Origin: Gemmatimonadota bacterium
Lineage (GTDB): Bacteria > Gemmatimonadota > Gemmatimonadetes > Longimicrobiales > Gaopeijiaceae
Direction: 5' to 3'
Assembly (NCBI GenBank): GCA_034521595.1
Contig: JAXHMG010000003.1
Span: 2,048,001 to 2,112,000, forward strand
DNA: 64,000 nt
Below the pieces are notes generated by a model. That model was not told where the DNA came from. It made no database searches and saw nothing but the letters and a program-made list of their open reading frames with translations. Position numbers and translations under genes: made by a program. Below, piece by piece: positions 48,947-58,553 of the stretch; within the stretch, counting starts at the first letter, position 1; each line of letters begins with the position of its first letter.

Positions 48947-51220
48947 TTACGGACCCCCCGTCACGGGAGGGGTTCCGAGGCGTCCTCCCTCCGCGACGAG
49001 CCGGAAGGCCGCGGCGTCTTCCTCGAGCTCGGCCACCAGCGCCTCGTCCCGACCTGCCGACTCCGCCACGTCGGCCAGTTGCACGGCCAACGCGTAGTAC
49101 TGCCAGGGGATATTGAGCGTGGACCGATCCTGCCAGATGGCGCGATCGCGGATCCCGCGGAACCGGTAGACATCGCGGTAAAGGGTGAGCGAGCGGTCCA
49201 GATCGAACCACTCCCCACCGTACGACTCTCGTCCCCGCACGAGGCCCTCGGGCGGCTCCTCCTCGAGCTGCCGGAACACCAGCTTCGACACCAGCCCCTG
49301 CCGCACGGCCCAGCGCTCGAGCCCCAGTTGGCGCATCATCCCCCCCGCGGCCGAAAAGTAGATGGGCCGTTCTCCGATCGCGTCGTGGATGATCGATAGC
49401 GCGATCTGGTGGCTCCGGTCGAGCGTCGTGCCCGCGGGGTACGTCACCGCCATTCCGGGAAACGGGACCGTCATGTCGTTGGTCAGACTCGCCCGTCCCA
49501 CACCGTCCAGCTCCTCGGGCGGGAGATCGAGAATCGAGCGCTCCGGGGGCGGGCGGTCCTCGTAGAGCCCCGGCGCCACCTGCGGATCGAACGCCCGTTG
49601 CCGCGCAGGGGCCGTCAGCTCCTGGAGCTGCTCGGGATACCAATCCGTGTAGAGATACTGCCCGACGACGACCGTCACGTCCGGCCGGATGGCCTCCACC
49701 TCCTGCAAATACCACAACGGAAACGTGTCGTTGTCCCCGTTCGTGAAGAGCACGGCGTACGGTTCCACGCTGACCAGCAGGTCGTACGCCCAGTCGCGTG
49801 CGGCGTAGTCACCGCTACGGCTGGCCCAGCTCCAGTTCAGCACGAGCGGGAGGACGGCGAACGCCAGGACCGGCGCAGCCACGCCGAACCGAGGACGGGG
49901 CCCGCCCACCACGCCGGCTACCACCCGCCAGACGCGGGCAAGGCCGATCCCCGCCAGGACGCCCCAAAGCATGAAGCCCCCGATGAAGAAGTAGTCACGC
50001 TCCCGCACCTCGTGTTGGGCCCGATCGGTGATGTCCGGGGCGAGGGAATAGCCGTACCGGAAGTTCAGGTAGTAGACCAACCCCAGTGTGAGCGTGGCCG
50101 CCAGCACGGCGAGGTATCCGAACAGGACCCGGTCCGCGGACCAGGCCGTCCACAGGCCCACCCCTCCCAACGCCAGGAAGAGCACGGCGAGCGGCAGACG
50201 CGGGCCCCAGGGCAGCGGGGAGGGCTCGAGGCCTCGAGCCCATTGCCACTCGAAGTACTGCCACCACATCTCGAGCTGCGCCCCGAGAGGCGCTTTACGC
50301 TCGGTGACGGGGGGCGGTTGGTACTGCCGGCGTGTCAGGTTGTCGGCGAGCATCTCGCATCCGACCCACCCGTGCGTGTAGATCGCCGCCGCCGCGCCCC
50401 CGACGCTCTCGCAGGTGGGATCGCCCTCGTTGATGACCGGATCGAGCTCGGCCCGCACGGGGAGCACGAAGTTGAACGAGAGGCCGAGCACTACGAGAAG
50501 CACGGCCCGTTGGATGAACGCTCGCCGCAGGAGGGGACGCACACCCGACACGACCACGAGAAGGAGGAGGGCCGGCGCCGGCAGAACGGACATGAGATGG
50601 TTCGTCGAGCCCAGTGCCAGCAGGAACACGATCCACAGGAGGTACCGCTCACTCCCCGGCCGACCTCGCTCGTCCCGCCAGCGGATCGCCAACCACGTGA
50701 CCAACGCGATGACGAGCACGCTCAGGGTGTAGACCTTCTCGTTGACGTTGGACTGGTTCCAGACGGTGAACGCCGTCGCCCCGAGCAGCGCGGCAGCACC
50801 GGCCCCGACCAGGGCCACGAGCTCACGCTCGGCATACCCCTTGATGACGCGGTGGGCCACGAGGTACAAGAAACCCGTGGCCGCGCCGCTGGTCGCCGCG
50901 GCGAGGAGGTTGATGCGCACGGCCACGGGAAGGCCCAGAGGTGCCAGCAACACGCTCCACACCCGCCCGACCACCACGAAGAGGGGATTCCCGGGAGGGT
51001 GGGGGATTCCGAGGATGTGAGCCGTCGCGATGTACTCGCTGGCGTCCCAGAACGCGGTGGTCGGCGCGAGGGTGACGACGTACAGCAGGAACGCGGCCGC
51101 CGCCGCGGCGACGGCCGCGATATAGGGCGGGCGGTATCGTTCGGGCACCGGCTGCTCGTCTCTCGCTTCGGGAGCGGGCTCGCGCGTAAAGATCACTCCC
51201 TCACGGCGCCCAAGACGCAC
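48947..51220 (-). CDS. DUF2723 / TMEM260-like GT-C membrane protein
   Basis: APTTAFWDASEYI..LGIPHPPGNPLF, EKVY, EVRERDYFF, FTNGDNDTFPLWY.QEVE. Confidence 0.88.
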   Translation of the reverse strand: MRLGRREGVIFTREPAPEARDEQPVPERYRPPYIAAVAAAAAAFLLYVVTLAPTTAFWDASEYIATAHILGIPHPPGNPLFVVVGRVWSVLLAPLGLPVAVRINLLAAATSGAATGFLYLVAHRVIKGYAERELVALVGAGAAALLGATAFTVWNQSNVNEKVYTLSVLVIALVTWLAIRWRDERGRPGSERYLLWIVFLLALGSTNHLMSVLPAPALLLLVVVSGVRPLLRRAFIQRAVLLVVLGLSFNFVLPVRAELDPVINEGDPTCESVGGAAAAIYTHGWVGCEMLADNLTRRQYQPPPVTERKAPLGAQLEMWWQYFEWQWARGLEPSPLPWGPRLPLAVLFLALGGVGLWTAWSADRVLFGYLAVLAATLTLGLVYYLNFRYGYSLAPDITDRAQHEVRERDYFFIGGFMLWGVLAGIGLARVWRVVAGVVGGPRPRFGVAAPVLAFAVLPLVLNWSWASRSGDYAARDWAYDLLVSVEPYAVLFTNGDNDTFPLWYLQEVEAIRPDVTVVVGQYLYTDWYPEQLQELTAPARQRAFDPQVAPGLYEDRPPPERSILDLPPEELDGVGRASLTNDMTVPFPGMAVTYPAGTTLDRSHQIALSIIHDAIGERPIYFSAAGGMMRQLGLERWAVRQGLVSKLVFRQLEEEPPEGLVRGRESYGGEWFDLDRSLTLYRDVYRFRGIRDRAIWQDRSTLNIPWQYYALAVQLADVAESAGRDEALVAELEEDAAAFRLVAEGGRLGTPPVTGGP

Positions 51221-51224
51221 GCCA

Positions 51225-52085
51225 TCACGACATGCCGAGGAGCCGCCGAACCTCGGCTTTCACCGCCGGATCGCGGTCATCCACGGCCTGATTCAGGAGA
51301 CGTCGGGCCCGGGGCGTGCCGATGTGGCGGAGCGCGCGGTAGGCGGCGATGCGCACATCGGGCGGAGGACGCCGCAGGAACGACCCGACCGCTTGTCGCT
51401 CGATGGCCTGGACCGCCCCGGGGTCGGCCAACCGGCCCAGAGCGTGGAGCACGGCAAGGGTCACGTCCGGATCATCTTCGTTGGCGAGCATTCGCTGGAG
51501 CAGCCGCACGGCACGCTCGACCCCCAGCTCACCCGCGGCGGTCGCGGCGGCCGCGCGAACCATGGCCGTCGGATCGTCCAGCATGCCGTAGGCGAGCTGA
51601 CCGGCGTCGCTTCCCCCCTGCTTGGCCAGTGCCAGCAGCGCGTCACGCCGGACCTTGGGCTCGGGACGAGCGAGCGCGCCGGTCAACAGCTCCACGGCCC
51701 GTTCCCCACCCACTTCCCCCAGAATGGAGACGCCGTTGCGCACGACGAACCACCGCGGGTCGTCCATCATCTCTTCGACGACGGGTAGGCCGTCGGCCCC
51801 CATGCGGATCAGGGCGTCCGAATAGGCCCTCCGCGCGAACCGGTCTTCCGTGGTGGCCAAAGCATCCGCGAGCGCGCGGGCCGCTCGCAGTCCGAGGCGG
51901 GCGCAAGCGTCGAAGAGCTCCTCGCGCCGCTCCTCCTCGCGCTCGACCGCGAGCTCCGCGACCAACCGGGTAGCCGGGTCGGCGGGCTGGGAAGCCGGTG
52001 ACGCCTTCTCGTCCGAGCCGGTGAAGAACGCGTCGATCGACCGTGCCAGACCGCCGCCCCGCGGTCGCTCAGATGCCTCGGACAT
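51225..52085 (-). CDS. HEAT repeat protein
   Basis: DPRWFVVRNGV, PEPKVRRDAL, DPTAMVRAAAA, DVRIAA repeats. Confidence 0.85.
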   Translation of the reverse strand: MSEASERPRGGGLARSIDAFFTGSDEKASPASQPADPATRLVAELAVEREEERREELFDACARLGLRAARALADALATTEDRFARRAYSDALIRMGADGLPVVEEMMDDPRWFVVRNGVSILGEVGGERAVELLTGALARPEPKVRRDALLALAKQGGSDAGQLAYGMLDDPTAMVRAAAATAAGELGVERAVRLLQRMLANEDDPDVTLAVLHALGRLADPGAVQAIERQAVGSFLRRPPPDVRIAAYRALRHIGTPRARRLLNQAVDDRDPAVKAEVRRLLGMS

Positions 52086-52142
52086 GCGCCTCTCTTTGGT
52101 GGTCGGGGGTCGGGTGACCCAATGGCCGCGCCCTCCGGGGCG

Positions 52143-53546
52143 TCAACCTACGGCCTCACGGGCCCGGATGCCTCCCTCGATGTTACGCACGTCCTCGAAT
52201 CCCGCGGCCTGGAGGAGGCTGGCGCCGATCGCGGAGCGATTGCCCGACCGGCAATACACGAGGGTGGGACGACTCGGATCCAGCTCTTCGGCCCCCTCCC
52301 GTAGGCGGCCGAGATGTATGTGGACCGCCTCCGGCACGTGTCCTTCCTCCCACTCCGTCGCGCCGCGCACGTCGAGGAGGAGCGCTCCCTCCTCTTCCAT
52401 GGCGCTCTCCGCCCCGTCCCAATCCAGCACCTGCGTGCGCTGGAGCGGCTCCACTTCCGCGCTCCACCAATCCAACACGGATTCGTCGGCGAACCCGGCC
52501 GCTCGGTCGATCCCGATCATGGCGAGGTCGCGCGCGGCGCCGTCCGCCTGCCCCTGATCGTAAGCAACGAAGAACACGGGCGCGTCGTAGGGCAGGAGCC
52601 AACCGGACCAGGTCGTGAAGTCGGCCCCCCAGGGTAGGTTGAGCGTTCCCGGCAGGTGCCCTTCGGCGAACTCCGCCCGCGAACGAAGGTCCACCACCGT
52701 CGCCCCACCCCGGAGCCGCTCCCCGAGCGCCCGCGGCTCCATGTGGGGCGGCTTCGGCAGCTCGTCCAGCACGCTCGGCCCGTCCCTGTTCATGCGCTTC
52801 ATGTGCGCGAAATACACGGGCGGTTCCGGTTGGTCCTCCAGTACCTTGCTGACGAACTCGTCCTCGGTCGCGCACTGAAACGCCCAGTTCACCATCTTCT
52901 CGTACCCCAGCGTCGACGAAGGCACCGCGCCGAGCGCCTTTCCGCATGCCGACCCCGCCCCGTGCCCGGGAAGGATCTGGAGGTAGTCGGGCAACGAGCG
53001 GAACTGCTCGAGTGATTGCCAGAGGACGCGGGCGCCATCCTCCATGGTGTCCCTGACGCCGGCGGCCTTCTCGAGCAGATCCGGACGTCCGACGTCGCCG
53101 ACGAAGAGAAAATCTCCCGTCAACACGCCCATGGGCCGGTCGCTCGCAGCGCCGTCGGTCACCGCGAAGGACAGGTGCTCCGGGGTGTGGCCGGGCGTGT
53201 GGAGGGCCTCGATGCTCACCTTTCCGATCCGGATCTCGTCCCCGTCCCGGAGCAGCCTGGCGCCATCGGAGTCGGCGAAACCGTATTGCCAGTCGTTTCC
53301 GCCCTCGGCCGAAAGTAGGAGGGTCGCGCCCGTGCGCGCCACGAGTTGCCTCGACCCGGAAAGGAAATCGGCGTGGATGTGGGTCTCGGTCACGTACCGA
53401 ATCTCCATGCCCTCCTGCTCCGCCGCGCGGAGATACACATCGCTGTCACGGTGAGGGTCCACGACCACGGCCTCACCCGTGGCCTGACATCCGATCATGT
53501 AGCTGGCCTGAGCCAGCTTGTCGTCGAAAAAGCGGCGCAGCAGCAT
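52143..53546 (-). CDS. Persulfide dioxygenase-rhodanese fusion (CstB/Blh-like)
   Basis: ETHIHADFLSG, TPGHTPEH, GDFLFVGDVGRPDL, PGHGAGSACG; two rhodanese folds, the last with CRSGNRS. Confidence 0.9.
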   Translation of the reverse strand: MLLRRFFDDKLAQASYMIGCQATGEAVVVDPHRDSDVYLRAAEQEGMEIRYVTETHIHADFLSGSRQLVARTGATLLLSAEGGNDWQYGFADSDGARLLRDGDEIRIGKVSIEALHTPGHTPEHLSFAVTDGAASDRPMGVLTGDFLFVGDVGRPDLLEKAAGVRDTMEDGARVLWQSLEQFRSLPDYLQILPGHGAGSACGKALGAVPSSTLGYEKMVNWAFQCATEDEFVSKVLEDQPEPPVYFAHMKRMNRDGPSVLDELPKPPHMEPRALGERLRGGATVVDLRSRAEFAEGHLPGTLNLPWGADFTTWSGWLLPYDAPVFFVAYDQGQADGAARDLAMIGIDRAAGFADESVLDWWSAEVEPLQRTQVLDWDGAESAMEEEGALLLDVRGATEWEEGHVPEAVHIHLGRLREGAEELDPSRPTLVYCRSGNRSAIGASLLQAAGFEDVRNIEGGIRAREAVG

Positions 53547-53767
53547 ACGTCCTCCCGATGATGTACCATTCGAGGGTCCCGGAAACGCCCCGGAACGACT
53601 CGTTCAATTTAGCAGCCCGCTCAAGTCAGGGGGCGTGCGCCGGGCCGTACGGCTCGGGCTCCGCGTGTCCGCTTGCAGGGCACTCGTACAAGCTACATCT
53701 TGCCGATCGACTCGGCACGGACGCCGTGTCCGCGGAAGCACATCAGCAGGAGACACGAGGGACGACG

Positions 53768-54142
53768 ATGCCGGTCTTCACGCGACACAAGGACGCCGTG
53801 CTGGTCCTCACCGCCGACGGCGATTACACGCCGGGGGAGTTGGAGCGAGTCGGTGCACGGGCGTTCGACCACCGGGGGGATCCGGGCCCGGTCATCCTCG
53901 ATCTGAGTGGAGCGGCGGGCCTGGAAACCAAGTCCGCGGAGTCTCTGGCCGCCGAAGGCACGGCGCTAGCGACCCACCGGGACCGGATCTCGAGGCTGGC
54001 CGTGGTGGTTTCGAGTCGTTTCGCGGACCTCTTCGAAGCCGATGCCCCGTTCGTCGCCGCGGTGGGCGTCGACGTGCGCGCATGCCCCTCCCACGGGGAT
54101 GCCGTGCGTTGGTTGAGCGAATCGGGGAGGGCAACGCTTTAG
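53768..54142 (+). CDS. STAS/SpoIIAA-like protein
   Basis: VILDLS..RLAVVV..AVRWL pattern. Confidence 0.6.
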   Translation: MPVFTRHKDAVLVLTADGDYTPGELERVGARAFDHRGDPGPVILDLSGAAGLETKSAESLAAEGTALATHRDRISRLAVVVSSRFADLFEADAPFVAAVGVDVRACPSHGDAVRWLSESGRATL

Positions 54143-54167
54143 CATCCCTCGTCTCCGGAGGCGAGCC

Positions 54168-55598
54168 ATGCGACCTCGGAGAAGGACATCACGCGGATCG
54201 AAGCGACGGAATGCCCTCGCCCGGGTGGGCGCGACGGCCTGCTTGGCGGGACAGGCTCTGGCCTGCCAGGCTGCTCCGGAGGCCGCGCCCGCCACGACCG
54301 CGTTCGTCGACGTCTCGGTGCTCCCCATGGACCCGGAGGGAGTGCTCGAAGGCCAGACTGTTTTGGTGAGGGAAGGGACCATCACGGAGGTCGGGCCGGT
54401 GGACGAGGTCGTCGTGGACGAGGGGGCCACCGTCATCGACGGCGAAGGCCGCTTCCTCATGCCCGGCCTCGCGGAGATGCACGCGCACGTGCCGCCGGGC
54501 GACACCCCCCCGAGGGACGAGATCGAAGACATCCTCTTCCTCTACGTTGCGAACGGCATCACCACGATCCGGGGGATGCTCGGCTCGGACTACCAACTCC
54601 CGCTGGCCGAAGAGATCGCCCGTGGCGACGTGCTGGGGCCGACCTTCTACGTCGGGGCGCCGTCCCTCAACGGGGAGACCGCCCCGACCCCGGACGCGGC
54701 CGAAACGCTCGTCCGGCGGCATGCCGAAGCCGGCTACCACCTGCAGAAGATCCATCCGGGCGTGCCGCGCGCGGCGTGGGATCGTATGGTCGAGGTCGCC
54801 GAGGAGGTGGGAATCCCCTTCGGCGGGCACGTGCCGGCCGAGGTCGGGGTCGAGCACGCGATTCGCACCGGGATGTCCACGGTGGACCACCTGGACGGGT
54901 ACGTGCAGGCGGTCGCGCCGGAAGGCGTCGTATCGCAGGTGGGCGCGGGCACGATCGACCTCGAGGGTCTCGTCGGAGCCGAGGTGGATGCCACCCGCAT
55001 CGAGGAGCTCGTGGAGCTCACCCGGGAGCACGACACGTACGTGGTTCCCACCCTGTACCTGTGGGAAAACCTCTACGGCACGACGGATCCCGAGCCGTTT
55101 CTGGAGCTCCCGGAGATGCGGTACGTCTCCGAGGCACAGAGGGACGCGTGGCGGCAGCAGGCGTCCGGAGGCCCCCGAGGCTCGCCGCAGGCCGTTCGCG
55201 CGTTCGTCGAGCTACGGAACCGCATCCTCAAGGGGCTCGCCGACGGAGACGCGGGCATCCTCATGGGCACGGACTCGCCGCAGCTCTTCAACGTCCCGGG
55301 ATTCGCGCTCCATCGGGAGATCGCCACCATGGCCGAAGCGGGCATGACGCCGCGTCAGATCCTGACCAGCGGGACCGTGGCCGTCGGACGGTACGTCCGC
55401 GAGCATCTCGGGATCGACCACCACTTCGGCACCGTGGCGACGGGGCAGCGTGCCGACCTGCTCCTGCTCGAAGCGGACCCGCTCGAAGACCTGCGACACC
55501 TTCGGGATCGGGCCGGGGTGATGGTGAACGGTCATTGGCTCCCGGAGGAGGAGATCCGGGAGCGCCTGGAAACGCTGGCGGCCAAGCACGAAAGCTGA
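54168..55598 (+). CDS. Amidohydrolase family protein (likely exported)
   Basis: IDGEGRFLMPGLAEMHAH, NGITTIR, GHV, DHL, GTDSP, GQRADLLLL..PL. Confidence 0.9.
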   Translation: MRPRRRTSRGSKRRNALARVGATACLAGQALACQAAPEAAPATTAFVDVSVLPMDPEGVLEGQTVLVREGTITEVGPVDEVVVDEGATVIDGEGRFLMPGLAEMHAHVPPGDTPPRDEIEDILFLYVANGITTIRGMLGSDYQLPLAEEIARGDVLGPTFYVGAPSLNGETAPTPDAAETLVRRHAEAGYHLQKIHPGVPRAAWDRMVEVAEEVGIPFGGHVPAEVGVEHAIRTGMSTVDHLDGYVQAVAPEGVVSQVGAGTIDLEGLVGAEVDATRIEELVELTREHDTYVVPTLYLWENLYGTTDPEPFLELPEMRYVSEAQRDAWRQQASGGPRGSPQAVRAFVELRNRILKGLADGDAGILMGTDSPQLFNVPGFALHREIATMAEAGMTPRQILTSGTVAVGRYVREHLGIDHHFGTVATGQRADLLLLEADPLEDLRHLRDRAGVMVNGHWLPEEEIRERLETLAAKHES

Positions 55599-55714
55599 GA
55601 AACATCGGCCCACGGGAACCACAGGGCCACCTCACGGATTATTGGGCACGTACGGCGGGCTGAAGCGGTCCACCGTCGATCCGTTCCGAAACGTCCCAGA
55701 CCGAGGAGCCCTTG

Positions 55715-56125
55715 ATGAAGCGATGGTCCCTGTTCCTGCTCCGCCTGTCCATCGGCCTACTCGTCTTCTGGTGGGGCCTCGACAAGATCACGAACGTCGA
55801 GCACGCGATGGGCGTGTCCGATTCCTTCTACTTCGGGGTCTCGAGCCACGCGGCGGTCATGCCCGTGCTCGGGGGCCTTCAGGTCCTGATCGCGGTTGCC
55901 TACGTGCTCGGCTTTCAGCGGCGGTGGGTGGACCCGGTCGTGACCCTGATCAACACGGGGAGCATGGTCGGCGTCTGGAGCTCGGTCGTGGATCCCTTCG
56001 GTTACGTGCTCGAAGGGACCAACGCCCTGTTCTTCCCCTCTTTGACGGTTTTCGCGGGCTGCCTCGTTCTGATCACGCTACGGGATCAAGAGGAGATCGC
56101 GCTCGACCGGCGCGCGGCCTCGTAG
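55715..56125 (+). CDS. DoxX-like membrane protein
   Basis: LLRLSIGLLVFWWGLDKI; terminal ALD; GAGGAG RBS. Confidence 0.75.
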   Translation: MKRWSLFLLRLSIGLLVFWWGLDKITNVEHAMGVSDSFYFGVSSHAAVMPVLGGLQVLIAVAYVLGFQRRWVDPVVTLINTGSMVGVWSSVVDPFGYVLEGTNALFFPSLTVFAGCLVLITLRDQEEIALDRRAAS

Positions 56126-56141
56126 CCTCCATCGCACGGCG

Positions 56142-57326
56142 TCAGCCCCCGTCGGAACCGCCATCGAGCTCCTCGATGGTCAGTACGGACGGCCTGCTCT
56201 CCCGCTGGATACGACGAGCGGCGGCTTCGGCTTCGCGCATCACGCGCAGCATGTTCTCCCCGGCGAGCTTCGCGAGCTGATCTTCGGTCCATCCGCGGCG
56301 GGACAGCTCCGCGAAAAGAGCCGGGAAGGTGGACGGGTCTTCGAGTCCGGCGGGGGTGCTGGAGATTCCGTCGAAGTCCGAGCCGATGCCGACGTGATCG
56401 ACGCCGGCCAGGTTCGCAATGTGGTCGATGTGGTCGGCCACGTCCGCCAGGGTGGCCTCGTCGCCCGGAGACACGAAGGAAGGCACGAAGGTGACCATCA
56501 CCACGCCCCCGTTCTCCGGCAACCGCCGAAGCACCTGGTCGGGCACGTTCCGGGTATGCTCGTGGACACCGTTCGCCGACGCGTGCGACCAGATCACGGG
56601 CGCTTCCGACGTGTCGAGCGCATCGTTCATGGTGGCCGGTGACGTGTGCGAGAGGTCGACGAGCATCCCGAGGCGGTTCATCTCGCGCACGACCTCCCGA
56701 CCGAACGCCGTCAAACCGTCGTGACGCGCGGTGTCGGCGGCCGAGTCCGCCCAGTCGATCGTCCCGTTGTGCGTGAGCGTCATGTAACGCACGCCCAGCC
56801 CGTGAAAGGCCCGCAGCGCCCCGAGCGAGTTCTCGATGGCGTGGCCGCCCTCGATGCCGAGCAGTGATGCGATCTTGCCCGCGGCGAAGATCCGTTCGAC
56901 GTCGGACGCGTCCAACGCCAACTCGAAGACATCCGGATATTTCTCGATGATCTGGTGCGCGATGTCGATCTGTTCGAGCTGCGTCTTCGCGGCACCCTCT
57001 TCGACGGCCCCGTGGGGTATGTAGACGGACCAGTACTGCGCCCCCACACGCCCCTCACGCAGGCGTGGGATATTCGTATGGAACGGGGTGTCTCCCCGGA
57101 GGTCGTGCTCCTCGGCGTGCACGTCGTGCGGCGCCACGTCACTGCCGCGAATGGCCCAGGGAAGGTCGTTGTGGCCGTCGATCAGAGGCGTGGACGAGAG
57201 CACCCGCAGCGCGCGGTCCAGGTGTGGATCGGTCTGGGCGCTCGCGGGAGCGGGCCGGAGGATGAGCGCGCCCTGAAGCGCGAGCACGACGAGGGCGGCG
57301 GCGAGGGTCCGGGGCGGGCGCGTCAT
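56142..57326 (-). CDS. Membrane dipeptidase (M19)
   Basis: IDGHNDLP, GIEGGH, TLTHN, DLSH, SHA..RNVPD, GIGSDFDG, GEN. Confidence 0.94.
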   Translation of the reverse strand: MTRPPRTLAAALVVLALQGALILRPAPASAQTDPHLDRALRVLSSTPLIDGHNDLPWAIRGSDVAPHDVHAEEHDLRGDTPFHTNIPRLREGRVGAQYWSVYIPHGAVEEGAAKTQLEQIDIAHQIIEKYPDVFELALDASDVERIFAAGKIASLLGIEGGHAIENSLGALRAFHGLGVRYMTLTHNGTIDWADSAADTARHDGLTAFGREVVREMNRLGMLVDLSHTSPATMNDALDTSEAPVIWSHASANGVHEHTRNVPDQVLRRLPENGGVVMVTFVPSFVSPGDEATLADVADHIDHIANLAGVDHVGIGSDFDGISSTPAGLEDPSTFPALFAELSRRGWTEDQLAKLAGENMLRVMREAEAAARRIQRESRPSVLTIEELDGGSDGG

Positions 57327-57485
57327 GATCGGTCGGAGTCCTTCCTGTGCGTGGAACTTGGAAGCCCCACGATGGAGCCTCCGGTGCGGTTGTTGCAAGG
57401 CGTCGGGGGACTTGGGTGTGCCCGGCGGCCATGCGACATTCGGAGGGTGTGGGAAAATGACGATTCGAGCGATGTGGAGACGAGC

Positions 57486-58553
57486 GTGAGCGAGCGGATT
57501 CCGGTAGGCATTCTGGGAACGACGGGCACCGTGGGCGCCCGATTGGTCGGCCTACTCCAACACCATCCCTGGTTCGAGATCGCCGAAGTCGGCGCGTCGG
57601 AACGCTCGGCCGGCGGACGGCTCGGTGACCTCCTGGCCGGCGAGATCGCCGACCTTTCCGATCCCGTCGCGAACCTCGAGGTCCGGACGCTCACCGGCGG
57701 CTGGTCCTCGCCACTCCTCCTCTCGGCCCTGCCCTCGTCGGTGGCGCGGGAGATCGAGCCGGAGCTCGCTCGAGCCGGCCACCTGGTGGTGAGCAACGCC
57801 TCGACGTTCCGGCAAGATCCGGACGTGCCACTGCTCATCCCGGAGCTCAACGCAGGCCACCTCGCGCTCGTCGAGCGCCAGAAGGAACGCTGGCCCGGGG
57901 CCATCGTGACCAACCCGAACTGCGTGGTGACCGGGCTGGCCACGGCCCTCGCGCCCCTTCACGAAGCGTTCGGGCTCGAAAAAGCGGTCGTCACGACGTT
58001 TCAGGCCATCTCGGGCGCCGGGAAGCCGGGTCCCCCCGCGGCGGATCTCGTCGACAACGTGCTCCCGTTCATTCCCGGCGAGGAGGAAAAGGTCGCCTAC
58101 GAGCCCACCAAGATCCTGGGCACGGTCGAGGGCGGGGCGCTGCGCGAGGCACCGTTCCGGATCGGGGTCACGGCCACGCGGGTGAACGTGCTTCACGGCC
58201 ACCTGGTCTCGGTTTCGGCACGCTTCCGGGACGCGCCCGAGCCCGACGAAGCGCTGGGGGCCCTCCGCGCCTTCCGCGGACGAGCTTCGGACCTCGAGCT
58301 CCCCTCTTCTCCCCCTTCCGGCCCGATCGCCGTCACCGACGATCCGACCCGACCCCAGCCGCGCCTCGACCGCGACGCCCATCGGGGCATGACCGTCACG
58401 GTCGGGCGCGTGCGCCGCTGTGAAGCTCTAGGGCTGTCGTTCCTCGCTCTGGCACACAACCTGGACCGGGGCGCGGCCGGAGCGGCGCTCCTGAATGCCG
58501 AGCTGTGCCGGGTCAAGGGATTGGTCGACACGGTGGTCGGGAAGGGGCGGTGA
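57486..58553 (+). CDS. asd: Aspartate-semialdehyde dehydrogenase (archaeal/fungal type)
   Basis: LGTTGTVG, SNAS.FR..PDVPL.IPELN, TNPNC, QAISGAG, PQPRLDRD, HN..RGAAG. Confidence 0.94.
   Translation: MSERIPVGILGTTGTVGARLVGLLQHHPWFEIAEVGASERSAGGRLGDLLAGEIADLSDPVANLEVRTLTGGWSSPLLLSALPSSVAREIEPELARAGHLVVSNASTFRQDPDVPLLIPELNAGHLALVERQKERWPGAIVTNPNCVVTGLATALAPLHEAFGLEKAVVTTFQAISGAGKPGPPAADLVDNVLPFIPGEEEKVAYEPTKILGTVEGGALREAPFRIGVTATRVNVLHGHLVSVSARFRDAPEPDEALGALRAFRGRASDLELPSSPPSGPIAVTDDPTRPQPRLDRDAHRGMTVTVGRVRRCEALGLSFLALAHNLDRGAAGAALLNAELCRVKGLVDTVVGKGR

Noticed and set aside
57327-57485. Lysine riboswitch before asd
   Set aside because: The spacer is short, shared with a divergent gene, and lacks recognisable consensus elements.
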